Shown: piece after piece, positions 8,717 to 17,905 of the stretch
Position numbering within the stretch: the first letter of the stretch is position 1
Layout of the letters: each line of letters opens with the position of its first letter
Position numbers and translations under genes: made by a program
Origin: Minisyncoccota bacterium
Lineage (GTDB): Bacteria; Patescibacteriota; Minisyncoccia; UBA6257; HR35
Length of the DNA stretch: 64,000 nt
Direction: 5' to 3'
Assembly (NCBI GenBank): GCA_032249155.1
Contig: JAVVGJ010000002.1
Coordinates: 10,836 to 74,835, forward strand
The notes under the pieces: generated by a model
The model's database searches: none
The model's input: only the letters and a program-made list of their open reading frames with translations
Told to the model about the DNA's origin: nothing

Positions 8717-9625
8717 TTACTTAAAAGGTAAACTAATTGCAGTTTCATAACTTACTTCTTTTTTACCTGTCTCATCACTTAAAACAAAATTGGTCTTATA
8801 AGAACCGTTTAATTTTTGAAAAACAAGATTTTTGACGTTAATTCTTTTATCGGTAACTCTAGAAATTTTTTTAAGATTATAAATATTATCGAATTCCGCA
8901 AGATAAACTTTTCCGTTTTTACCATCAAAGAAAAACCAACCTAAGGAATCATTCCAAGCAAAACCTTCTAAATATTTACCATTTACTAATTTGACTTTAA
9001 AATTACTAGACGAACAATTGCCCAAATCTTGACAGTTAAAAACGATAAAACCAAAGATATCATTATAAGCATAACCCCTTAGCTCCGGTTCAGTGCTTGA
9101 AGTTATGCAAACACCATAAATAATGCTTTCTCCTGAAGAGTTTCTAAAACTTACCCAACCAATGATAGGCGACCAAGCATAACCTGAAAGAGCATAAAGT
9201 GAACTTACCTGAGTAGATGAAGAAATTCTACAAGATGAAGAAGCTACAAAATTTACAGAATAATTTTCTCCTTTAAGACTTATTGAACCTACTCTTATAT
9301 TAGCTATTAATCCTTCTAAAGTAGAAGAGTCAGAGTTTAAAAAAACAGGAGAGGTTCGAAAAAGAAGTGATTTTTCTCCATTATATTTTTCAAAAAGAAG
9401 TTCATAATCAGTAATAAAATTTATATTTTTACTCTTATAAGATTCTTTTTGAAAAGTAAGTATTAAATTTCTTGCCTCACGAGAAACATCTACTTCACCA
9501 ACGCTTCCTTGATAAAAATTCAAAGTATTAATAAGTAAAGGAAAAACAATAAGACCAACAATTGAAAAAACACCTAAAAAAATAACTACTTCCAAAAGAG
9601 TTAAACCTTTTTTAAAAGTTAACAT
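8717..9625 (-). CDS. Type IV pilin-like protein (prepilin-type N-terminal cleavage/methylation domain)
   Basis: 302 aa. The N-terminus [24 protein letters not shown] has the G|LTLLE motif with Glu at +5. Confidence 0.6.
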   Translation of the reverse strand: MLTFKKGLTLLEVVIFLGVFSIVGLIVFPLLINTLNFYQGSVGEVDVSREARNLILTFQKESYKSKNINFITDYELLFEKYNGEKSLLFRTSPVFLNSDSSTLEGLIANIRVGSISLKGENYSVNFVASSSCRISSSTQVSSLYALSGYAWSPIIGWVSFRNSSGESIIYGVCITSSTEPELRGYAYNDIFGFIVFNCQDLGNCSSSNFKVKLVNGKYLEGFAWNDSLGWFFFDGKNGKVYLAEFDNIYNLKKISRVTDKRINVKNLVFQKLNGSYKTNFVLSDETGKKEVSYETAISLPFK

Positions 9626-10049
9626 TTAGTTTTGGAAGAAGAAAATAATCGTTAAAAATTATATTTTGATATTCGCCTGTTACTTTTATTAATTTTACAT
9701 TAGGATCATTTTGAAAATTATCTATTCTAAAACTAAAAAAATACTCTTCTAAACCAGATTTTACCCTTTCTTTGCCTGAAGCAATTTGCCAACCAGAAGC
9801 TGTTGAGGTCAAAAAATAATCAGTTGTTGTTGAAAGTGAATTTAAAGAATTGAAATCTCTTTGAGCAATATCAAAAAGGGCATTTCTATATTTTTCAAAA
9901 CCATAGATAGTAACGTCTTGGCTTATATTGCTATAACGAAGAGCATTAAAAGAAAGAACAAGCGCTGAGGCAAAAATACCCAAAATAATAGTTATTAATC
10001 CTAAAATTAAAACAACCTCCAAAAGAAGCTGAGCCTTAGATTTTGACAT
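9612..10049 (-). CDS. Pseudopilin-like protein (prepilin-type N-terminus with Ala at -1)
   Basis: 145 aa. The N-terminus [27 protein letters not shown] has the A|QLLLE motif with Glu at +5. Its start overlaps the fusA stop. Confidence 0.5.
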   Translation of the reverse strand: MSKSKAQLLLEVVLILGLITIILGIFASALVLSFNALRYSNISQDVTIYGFEKYRNALFDIAQRDFNSLNSLSTTTDYFLTSTASGWQIASGKERVKSGLEEYFFSFRIDNFQNDPNVKLIKVTGEYQNIIFNDYFLLPKLNVNF

Positions 10050-12168
10050 TATTTCTCAAACGAAGAATTTCTTCTTTGATTTGTGGTGGCACTATTTCAT
10101 AATGTGAAAATTCCATATAAAATGAACCCCTTCCCTGAGTTAAAGATCTTAAAACAGTAACATATCCAAACATTTCTGCTAAAGGTACTTTCGCATGAAT
10201 AATTTTCACTTTTTCTTCATCAATTACTTCTTCGATCCTTGCTCTTCTTGAAGAAAGATCACCTGTGACATCTCCAACAAATTCTGATGGTACAGTAACT
10301 TCAACTTTCATTATAGGTTCAAGAAGAACAGGATTTCCTTGCTTAACTCCTTCTTGAAGAGCAATAGCGCCGGCAATTTTAAAAGCAATATCAGAGGAGT
10401 CAACTTCATGATAAGAACCGTCATACAAAATTACTCTTATATCTGTAACCGGATAGCCGGCAATAACTCCTTTTTCCATAGCTTCTTTAATTCCTTTTTC
10501 TACAGCAGGAATAAAATTATCAGGAATAATACCTCCTTTAATAGCATTAACAAATTCAAAACCTTTGCCTCTTTCTAAAGGTTCAAGTCTAATAATCACA
10601 TGTCCATATTGTCCTCTACCACCGCTTTGCCTTATATATTTTCCTTCAACTCTTTCTACAACTTGTGTAATAGTTTCCTTATAAGCAACTTGAGGTTTAC
10701 TTATATTAACATCTACTTTAAATTCTCTTTTTAGCCTATCAACCATAATTTCCAGCTGAAGTTCTCCCATGCCGCCAATTAAAGTATCTCCGGTTTCTGG
10801 ATTTACAGATACTTTAAATGTTGGGTCTTCATCAGCTAAGGCTTTAAGAGCTAATCCCATTTTCTCTTGATCAGCTTTAGTTTTAGGTTCAACTTTCATC
10901 CAAACCACAGGTTCAGCAAATTGTATTTTTTCAAACATAATAGGATACTTAGGATCACAAATAGTATCTCCTGTTTTTAAATCTTTTCCTCCGACAATTG
11001 CTCCAATATCTCCTGCAAACATTTCATCAACTTCTTCACGATGATTAGCATGCATTCTTGCAATTCTTCCTATTCTGTAAGTTTCTCCAGTAGAAGTATT
11101 TAAAACTGTCATACCTGATTTTAGAGTACCTGAATATATTCTAAAATAAGAAAGAGTGCCAACATGGGGATCAATCATAATCTTAAAGATAAGAGCTGAA
11201 AATGGTTCGTTATCATCTGCTTTTCTTATTTCTTCTTTCCCTGTAATTGGATTAGTACCTTTAACTGGAGGCAAATCAACTGGTGAAGGCAGAAAATCAA
11301 CTACACCATCTAAAACAAGTTGAACACCTTTATTATCTAAAGCAGAACCACAATAAACAGGAATAAAAAGATAATTAATACAAGCTCTTCTTATAGCTTT
11401 TCTAATATCATCCTCATTAAATTCTCCTGAAAAATATTTATCCATAAAAATTTCATCACTTTCAGCTAATTTTTCTAACATATGGTTTCTCCATTCTTTA
11501 GCATATTTTTCTAAAGAAGGATCAATTTCTTTATAAACTACCTTCTCTCCTTTTTCACCTTCAAAATAAACTTCTTTCATAGTAATTAAATCTATAACAC
11601 CTTTAAAATTTTCCTCTTTACCTATAGGTACACATAAAGGAACAGCATTTTTTGTAAGTTTTTCATAGATTGAATTTAAAGCATCTTCAAAATCAGCTCC
11701 GATTTTATCCATCTTGTTAATAAAACAAATTCTTGGAACTTTATACTTATCAGCTTGGTGCCAAACAGTTTCTGATTGGGCTTCAACTCCTTGAACAGCA
11801 TCAAATAAAACAACAGCTCCATCTAAAACCCTTAAAGATCTTTCTACTTCTGCAGTAAAATCTATATGTCCTGGAGTGTCAATGATGTTTATTTTATATT
11901 CTCCTTTAATTCTTTCTTCTCTAGTAGTTGCCTCTTTTAAATAACTTTGAGTCCAAAAACATGTTACTGCCGCAGCTGTAATTGTAATTCCTCTTTCTCT
12001 TTCTTGTGGCATCCAGTCAGTTACAGTTGTACCTTCATGAACTTCACCAATTTTATGTGAAATTCCAGTATAATACAAAATCCTTTCGGTAGTTGTTGTT
12101 TTTCCGGCATCAATATGAGCAATAATTCCTATATTTCTTGTTTTTTCGATAGGGTAAAGACGCGGCAT
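10036..12168 (-). CDS. fusA: Elongation factor G
   Basis: 710 aa. It has the [16 protein letters not shown]1 motif, DTPGHIDF, and EF-G domains II-V. Confidence 0.95.
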   Translation of the reverse strand: MPRLYPIEKTRNIGIIAHIDAGKTTTTERILYYTGISHKIGEVHEGTTVTDWMPQERERGITITAAAVTCFWTQSYLKEATTREERIKGEYKINIIDTPGHIDFTAEVERSLRVLDGAVVLFDAVQGVEAQSETVWHQADKYKVPRICFINKMDKIGADFEDALNSIYEKLTKNAVPLCVPIGKEENFKGVIDLITMKEVYFEGEKGEKVVYKEIDPSLEKYAKEWRNHMLEKLAESDEIFMDKYFSGEFNEDDIRKAIRRACINYLFIPVYCGSALDNKGVQLVLDGVVDFLPSPVDLPPVKGTNPITGKEEIRKADDNEPFSALIFKIMIDPHVGTLSYFRIYSGTLKSGMTVLNTSTGETYRIGRIARMHANHREEVDEMFAGDIGAIVGGKDLKTGDTICDPKYPIMFEKIQFAEPVVWMKVEPKTKADQEKMGLALKALADEDPTFKVSVNPETGDTLIGGMGELQLEIMVDRLKREFKVDVNISKPQVAYKETITQVVERVEGKYIRQSGGRGQYGHVIIRLEPLERGKGFEFVNAIKGGIIPDNFIPAVEKGIKEAMEKGVIAGYPVTDIRVILYDGSYHEVDSSDIAFKIAGAIALQEGVKQGNPVLLEPIMKVEVTVPSEFVGDVTGDLSSRRARIEEVIDEEKVKIIHAKVPLAEMFGYVTVLRSLTQGRGSFYMEFSHYEIVPPQIKEEILRLRNNVKI

Positions 12169-12197
12169 TTAAAAATCAAAAACATCTAATTCTGACC

Positions 12198-12695
12198 TTA
12201 TTCTTGTGGGGGTTTTTTCCTATTCCACCAACCAAAATGGGCAAAGGCTTTATTAGCTTCAGATAATTTATGCATTTCTATTTTTTTCTTATAGGCTTCT
12301 CCTTCTTCATTAGCTGCTAAGATTATTTCTTCAGCTAATCTTTCAAACATAGGTTTTCCTTTTTTACTTCTAGCTGCCTCAATTATCCATTTAATTGATT
12401 TAGAAATTCTTCTTTCTGCTCTCACAGGTCTTGGCACTAAAAAGGTAGCACCACCAACTCTTCTTGGCCAAACCTCTAAAAGAGGAGCTACATTTTTAAG
12501 AGCTTGCTGAAAAACTTTTAATGGATCCTGATTTGTTTTTTGTTCAACAATCTCCATAGCTTTATAAAAAATTTTTTGTGCTTTAGTTTTTTTACCGTCT
12601 CTCATAAGATTATTTATAAATCTTGCCACTAAAATGCTATTATAAATAGGGTCTGGCTGCCAATGTCTTTCAATTTTTATTCTTCTTCTAGGCAT
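12198..12695 (-). CDS. rpsG: 30S ribosomal protein S7
   Basis: 165 aa. [11 protein letters not shown]...VNNLMRDGKKTKAQKIFY aligns to S7. Confidence 0.9.
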   Translation of the reverse strand: MPRRRIKIERHWQPDPIYNSILVARFINNLMRDGKKTKAQKIFYKAMEIVEQKTNQDPLKVFQQALKNVAPLLEVWPRRVGGATFLVPRPVRAERRISKSIKWIIEAARSKKGKPMFERLAEEIILAANEEGEAYKKKIEMHKLSEANKAFAHFGWWNRKKPPQE

Positions 12696-13108
12696 TATTC
12701 TTTAGGTTTTTTAGTTCCATAAAGAGAACGACCTTGTCTTCTTCCTTCAACCCCAGCAGCATCATAAACGCCTCTCACAATATGATACCTCACACCAGGG
12801 AGATCTTTAACTCTTCCTCCTCTTACCAAAACAATCGAGTGTTCCTGAAGATTATGACCAATACCTGGAATATAAGCAGTTACTTCAATGCCGTTAGAAA
12901 GTCTTACTTTGGCTACTTTTCTTAAAGCTGAATTAGGTTTTTTAGGTGTCATAGTATAAACTCTAATGCAAACTCCTTTTTTAAAAGGAGAAGGAGCATA
13001 ATAAAGTTTTCTTTTAAGAGAATTATAAGAGTAAAGCAGAGCAGCTGCCTTTACTTTATACTTTCTTTTCTCTCTTCCTTTTCTTAAAAGTTGATTAATG
13101 GTTGGCAT
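12695..13108 (-). CDS. rpsL: 30S ribosomal protein S12
   Basis: 137 aa. [14 protein letters not shown]...[59 protein letters not shown] aligns to S12. Confidence 0.95.
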   Translation of the reverse strand: MPTINQLLRKGREKRKYKVKAAALLYSYNSLKRKLYYAPSPFKKGVCIRVYTMTPKKPNSALRKVAKVRLSNGIEVTAYIPGIGHNLQEHSIVLVRGGRVKDLPGVRYHIVRGVYDAAGVEGRRQGRSLYGTKKPKE

Positions 13109-13171
13109 TTTGAAAAAAAATAAAAATGCGCTTAGTTAATTATAACAAAAAAAGAGGTATTTTGAAAATAG

Positions 13172-13256
13172 TGCCCGGGGTGGGACTCGAACCCACAAGG
13201 CCTTAACGGCCAGCAGATTTTGAGTCTGCCGCGTCTACCATTTCCGCCACCCGGGC
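13172..13256 (-). tRNA. tRNA-Leu (anticodon CAA), type II
   Basis: The reverse complement GCCCGGGTGGCGGAAATGGTAGACGCGGCAGACTCAAAATCTGCTGGCCGTTAAGGCCTTGTGGGTTCGAGTCCCACCCCGGGCA folds with an anticodon stem GCAGA/TCTGC and a loop CTCAAAA. It has a long variable arm. Confidence 0.85.
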
Positions 13257-13267
13257 TTTTAATTAAA

Positions 13268-13843
13268 TTATATCACATCGCTATCAGAAATAAGCTTTAT
13301 TTTAATTTTTTCTTCATACTCTGCACCTTCTCTTTTTAAAATAGATTCATAAAGGACAATCTCATTAAAAATAACGCCCCAATTAAGTTCTTTTTTTATT
13401 TTTTGAGTTATACGCTTTCCTTTTAAACGACAAAGATTAATATGAGGCAAAAAATCTCTTTCTTCTCTTTTATAATCAACCTTAAATTCTTCGAGTTTTT
13501 TTTCAAATTCTTTTTTAAGCTCTTCAAGTCTTTTTTCTTTTTCCACGTAAAGCCAAATCATTGAATCTTTTCCAGGAGGTCCGAAATCTACTTTTTTTAT
13601 TTTTAAGTGAAATTCTTTCATCAAACTGTTTTTACCCCAAGGAAAAGTTTTGAAAATTTCTTCTATTTTTAAAAAATCTTCAAAATTTATGTAACCTAAA
13701 AAAATTAAAGTTAAATGCAAATTTTCTAATTTGATCCAATTAATTTTAAAACCTATTTCTTTTTCTAAATCTTTTTCTAAAAAAGCAATCTTTTTTTTAA
13801 GACCGTAGGTAAGTGGAAGAGCGATAAAAAGTCTTATTTTCAT
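13268..13843 (-). CDS. thpR: RNA 2',3'-cyclic phosphodiesterase / 2'-5' RNA ligase (2H phosphoesterase, LigT/ThpR)
   Basis: 191 aa with two H-x-T/S-x motifs (HLTLIFLG and HINLCRLK) characteristic of the 2H family. Confidence 0.7.
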   Translation of the reverse strand: MKIRLFIALPLTYGLKKKIAFLEKDLEKEIGFKINWIKLENLHLTLIFLGYINFEDFLKIEEIFKTFPWGKNSLMKEFHLKIKKVDFGPPGKDSMIWLYVEKEKRLEELKKEFEKKLEEFKVDYKREERDFLPHINLCRLKGKRITQKIKKELNWGVIFNEIVLYESILKREGAEYEEKIKIKLISDSDVI

Positions 13844-16800
13844 ATAAAGGATGGTTTTAGATTTTTAATTTTTTTAAGATCAGTTATATTTTGAATAAGA
13901 TCAGCTAAGATATATATTTTTTCTTTCTTTCTTGTTTCTCCGACAATAAAATAAATATCACCTTCTCTTAAAATTTCAAAATAATTTTCATAAACTTCAG
14001 GAGGAAGAAAAACTTCTATTCTACCTGAAAGGTCTTCAATTTCAAGATAAGCAAAAGGTTTTTTATCCTTATTTATTTTTCTTTCAACACTGTTTAAAAC
14101 ACCAGCGACAGCGATTTTAATATTTTCTCCAAAGTTTGAAATGTCACTTATTTTTTTTACTTTTCCTCTTAAAACTTTCTCGAAATCTTCAAAAGGATGT
14201 CCAGAAAGATAAATTCCCAAAAGTTCCTTTTCATATTTATAAATATCTATTTTAGAAATAGAGGTATATGTAGGAAAAACTAGGTCAGAGTTTTTATTTC
14301 CAAAAAGACTTTTAGCTAGAGAGAAATTTTTAATTCTACTTGCGTAATCTAAAATTTTGTCTAAATTACTTATAAAAACTTCTCTCTTACCAAATCTATC
14401 AAAAACACCTGCTTTAATTAAACTTTCAATAGATTTTTTATTTAAATCTTTATGTTTTATTCTTGAAAAAAAATCAGATAGAGATTTAAAAGGACCATTT
14501 GTTTTCCTTTCTTCTAAAATAGCTTCGACAAGTGGTTTACCTACATTTTTAATACTTCCGAGACCAAAACGAATAGTATCATTACTTACAATTTTGAAAT
14601 AAAAATCACTTTCGTTAATATCTGGTGGTAAAATCTTAAAACCATATTTTTTAGCTTCTTCTAAATAAACGTAGATCCTTTCCACATCATGGCCTTCATG
14701 AATAAGACAAGCGTTAATAAATTCTAAAGGATAATAAGCTTTAAGATAAGCAGTAATATAGGAAACATAAGCATAGGAAATTGAATGACTTTTATTAAAG
14801 CCATATTGACCAAATGGTTCTATCCAGTCCCAAATTTTTTGAGCCAAGCCTTCTGAAATTCCATTTTTTATCATTCCTTGAATAAGCTTTGCTTTAAGCG
14901 ACTGAAGTAAATCAACTTTTTTCTTACCAACTGCTTTTCTCAAAACATCTGCTTCTCCTAAAGTAAAACCAGCTAAATCAGTAGCAATTCTCATAAGCTG
15001 TTCTTGATAAACTAAAATTCCATAAGTTACAGAAAGGATTGGTTCTAAAAGTGGATGAAGATATTCTACGGGTTCTTTTCCATACTTTCTTTTTACATAA
15101 TCAGGGATAAGTTTAACAGGTCCTGGTCTATAAAGAGCTAAGACGGCAGAAAGTTCTTCTAAATTTTTTGGTTTTATTTGTTTCAAAGCTTCTGTCATGC
15201 CCTTACCTTCTACTTGAAAAACACCAACTGTTTTACCTTGACTGTAAATTTCCTTAACCTCTTCTTCAAAACTGTCTTCGTTTAATTTTTTAAAATCTAT
15301 CTCTTTACCATGTCTTTCTTTTATTATTTTGAGCGTGTCTTCAATAATAGAAAGAGTTCTTAAGCCAAGAAAATCCATTTTTAAAAGTCCCAAATCTGAA
15401 ATTGCATTCATATCGTATTGGGTAATTATTCTTGAAGTCTCCTGAGGAGCAAATTGAAGAGGTAAAATTTCTAAAATATCTCCTGGTGTAATCACGACGC
15501 CTGAAGCATGAACAGAAACGTGTCTAACTACTTTTTCTACTCTTTTAGCATATTCCAAAATTGTTCTATATTTAGGTTCTTCTTTAAGAATTTTTTTAAC
15601 ATCACTTAAGTTTTCTACTTCACTTAAACTCATATTTTGAGGAACAAGACGAGCTAATTTATCAACAAAAGAAAACGAAAAACCTAAAGCTCTACCAATA
15701 TCTCTTACTGCTGCTCTTGAAGCCATTTTTCCAAAAGTAATTATTTGAGCAAAGCTATTTTCACCATATCTTTTTTTCAAATATTCAAAAATTAGATCTC
15801 TTTTAATATCACTAACATCAACATCAATATCAGGGGCTTCTACTCTTTCTGGATTTAAAAATCTTTCAAAAAGTAAATCATACTTTAAAGGATTAATTTC
15901 GGTAATCCCTAAAAGATAAGAAACCAAACTCCCAGCTGCTGAACCTCTACCTGGACCAACTAAAATTCCCTCTTTTTTAGCAAAATTAACAACGTCTTGA
16001 ACTATTAAGAAATATCCAGAAAAACCCGTTTTTTTAATCACATCTAATTCATAATTCATTCTCTCTATGGCTTTTTGATCATTCTCTAGACCTCTTTTTC
16101 TAAGACCTTCATAAGCTAATTTTCTTAAATACTCATCTTCAGTCATATTTGGTGGCAAAGGAAAAACAGGGTATTTATGTTTTCCTAATTCTATTTCCAA
16201 ATTTATTCTTTCAGCTATTTCCAAGGTATTCAAAATTGCCTCTTCTATATCTCCATAAAGTTCATAGATTCTTTTTTCATCAGCTAAAGAAAAATCATCT
16301 TCTTTCATAGAAAGCCTATCTTCTTCTTCAACATCTTTTCCTTGTTGAATAGCCAAAAATATATCATGAACTTCTCTATCTTCAGGATAGACGTAATGAA
16401 CATCATAAGTAGCTACCATCTTAAGGTTTGTTTCTTTAGCAAGATCTACTAAAGCTTTTTTAAGTTTTTTTACATCTTCTAAATGAGGATGATAGTTAAT
16501 TTCAATAAAGAAATTATCTTTACCAAAAATTTCTACATATTCAAAAACCTTCTTTTTAGCTAAATCATAATTTCCTTCTAAAATAAGACGAGGGATTTCA
16601 CCGTTAGGACATCCAGAAAGGACAATTAAACCTTCGCTATATTCTCTTAAAAGATCTTTATCAACTCTTGGTTTATAGTAGAAACCTTCAAGATATGCTT
16701 TACTTACAAGTTTAATTAAATTCTTATATCCCTTTTCATTTTCTGCCAAAACTGTAAGATGATAACTTTTGGAATCGATTTTTGGTGTTTTATCAAATCT

Positions 16801-17019
16801 TGTTCTTTTAGCTACGTAAAGTTCAGCTCCTATAATTGGCTTGATACCTAAACTTTTGGCTTTTTTATAAAATTCAATAGCACCATAGAGATTTCCATGG
16901 TCAGTTAAAGCCAAAGCAGAATAACCAAGTTCCTTAGCTCTTTGAAGCAAATCATCGATTTTGCCTAAACCGTCAAGTAGGCTATAATGAGAATGTACAT
17001 GAAGATGGACGAATTTCAT
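13840..17019 (-). CDS. dnaE: DNA polymerase III alpha subunit
   Basis: 1059 aa. The N-terminal PHP domain starts HLHVHSHYSLLDG. The polymerase core and an OB region are present. Confidence 0.9.
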   Translation of the reverse strand: MKFVHLHVHSHYSLLDGLGKIDDLLQRAKELGYSALALTDHGNLYGAIEFYKKAKSLGIKPIIGAELYVAKRTRFDKTPKIDSKSYHLTVLAENEKGYKNLIKLVSKAYLEGFYYKPRVDKDLLREYSEGLIVLSGCPNGEIPRLILEGNYDLAKKKVFEYVEIFGKDNFFIEINYHPHLEDVKKLKKALVDLAKETNLKMVATYDVHYVYPEDREVHDIFLAIQQGKDVEEEDRLSMKEDDFSLADEKRIYELYGDIEEAILNTLEIAERINLEIELGKHKYPVFPLPPNMTEDEYLRKLAYEGLRKRGLENDQKAIERMNYELDVIKKTGFSGYFLIVQDVVNFAKKEGILVGPGRGSAAGSLVSYLLGITEINPLKYDLLFERFLNPERVEAPDIDVDVSDIKRDLIFEYLKKRYGENSFAQIITFGKMASRAAVRDIGRALGFSFSFVDKLARLVPQNMSLSEVENLSDVKKILKEEPKYRTILEYAKRVEKVVRHVSVHASGVVITPGDILEILPLQFAPQETSRIITQYDMNAISDLGLLKMDFLGLRTLSIIEDTLKIIKERHGKEIDFKKLNEDSFEEEVKEIYSQGKTVGVFQVEGKGMTEALKQIKPKNLEELSAVLALYRPGPVKLIPDYVKRKYGKEPVEYLHPLLEPILSVTYGILVYQEQLMRIATDLAGFTLGEADVLRKAVGKKKVDLLQSLKAKLIQGMIKNGISEGLAQKIWDWIEPFGQYGFNKSHSISYAYVSYITAYLKAYYPLEFINACLIHEGHDVERIYVYLEEAKKYGFKILPPDINESDFYFKIVSNDTIRFGLGSIKNVGKPLVEAILEERKTNGPFKSLSDFFSRIKHKDLNKKSIESLIKAGVFDRFGKREVFISNLDKILDYASRIKNFSLAKSLFGNKNSDLVFPTYTSISKIDIYKYEKELLGIYLSGHPFEDFEKVLRGKVKKISDISNFGENIKIAVAGVLNSVERKINKDKKPFAYLEIEDLSGRIEVFLPPEVYENYFEILREGDIYFIVGETRKKEKIYILADLIQNITDLKKIKNLKPSFI

Positions 17020-17658
17020 TTCATAAAAATTTTATCAAAAGGAATTAAAAATAAAAAAGATTGGCAATTTGAAAAAAATATTTTGAAAAAATATAAAACT
17101 CTTGTAAGCATTGATGAAGCAGGAAGAGGAGCTTTAGCTGGACCGCTTTCTTTAGGAGCTCTTTTTATTGATAAAACTTCTTTAAAAATTTTAGAGAAAA
17201 ATAAAATATTTTTCCTTGATTCTAAAGAGGTTTCTGAGGAAAAAAGAGAAATTTTTCTAAAAATAATTAAAAAAACCGGTATTCCTTACAAAAAAATTTT
17301 TATTTCCAATAAAAAAATAGATAGATTAGGTATAGGAAAAGCTTATATTTTAGGTATCGAAAAAATAAGAGAATTTTTTAATCCCGAGATTTTAATTTTG
17401 GACGGTAAAGAAAATAAAAATATAAAAGGGGCAATTTTTGTAGTTAAGGGTGATAAAAAATTAAATTCTTTAGGTGGTGCTTCCATTGTGGCTAAGGTTT
17501 ATAGAGACAGATTTATGAAAAGATTAGCAAAAAAATTTAATTTTTATAAGTGGGAAATAAATAAGGGATACGGAACTAAAGAGCACTTAGAAGCAATTAA
17601 AAAAATCGGAATTTCAGATTATCATAGAAAAAGTTTTTTAAAAAAATTATTAGGGTAA
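16987..17658 (+). CDS. rnhB: Ribonuclease HII
   Basis: VSIDEAGRGALAGPL matches the RNase HII catalytic motif. The exact start is uncertain: in-frame ATGs at 16987-17005 all overlap the divergent dnaE start, and TTG at 17080-17082 (the L of NILKKYK) is the only non-overlapping candidate. Confidence 0.8.
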   Translation: MRMYMKMDEFHFIKILSKGIKNKKDWQFEKNILKKYKTLVSIDEAGRGALAGPLSLGALFIDKTSLKILEKNKIFFLDSKEVSEEKREIFLKIIKKTGIPYKKIFISNKKIDRLGIGKAYILGIEKIREFFNPEILILDGKENKNIKGAIFVVKGDKKLNSLGGASIVAKVYRDRFMKRLAKKFNFYKWEINKGYGTKEHLEAIKKIGISDYHRKSFLKKLLG

Positions 17659-17877
17659 AAATGGAAGAAGCGCCATTTGTCTAGCTCTTTTAACTGCTCG
17701 AGCAAATTTTCTTTGATGAAATGAACATAAACCCGTATGTTTCCTTTTTTTAATCTTATAAGCAGCAGAAAGAAATCTTTTTAAAATTTCCACATCTTTA
17801 TAATCAATTTCTTTAGCAGCTTGTGAACAAAAATAGCAAGTCTTTTTTTCCTTAGGTTTTATAATTTCGTTAATCAT
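17650..17877 (-). CDS. rpsR: 30S ribosomal protein S18
   Basis: 75 aa. CYFCSQAAKEIDYKDVEILKRFLSAAYKIKKRKHTGLCSFHQRKFARAVKRARQMALLPF aligns to S18. Confidence 0.85.
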   Translation of the reverse strand: MINEIIKPKEKKTCYFCSQAAKEIDYKDVEILKRFLSAAYKIKKRKHTGLCSFHQRKFARAVKRARQMALLPFLP

Positions 17878-17905
17878 AGAAATATTATAACATAAATTTG
17901 TTTAC

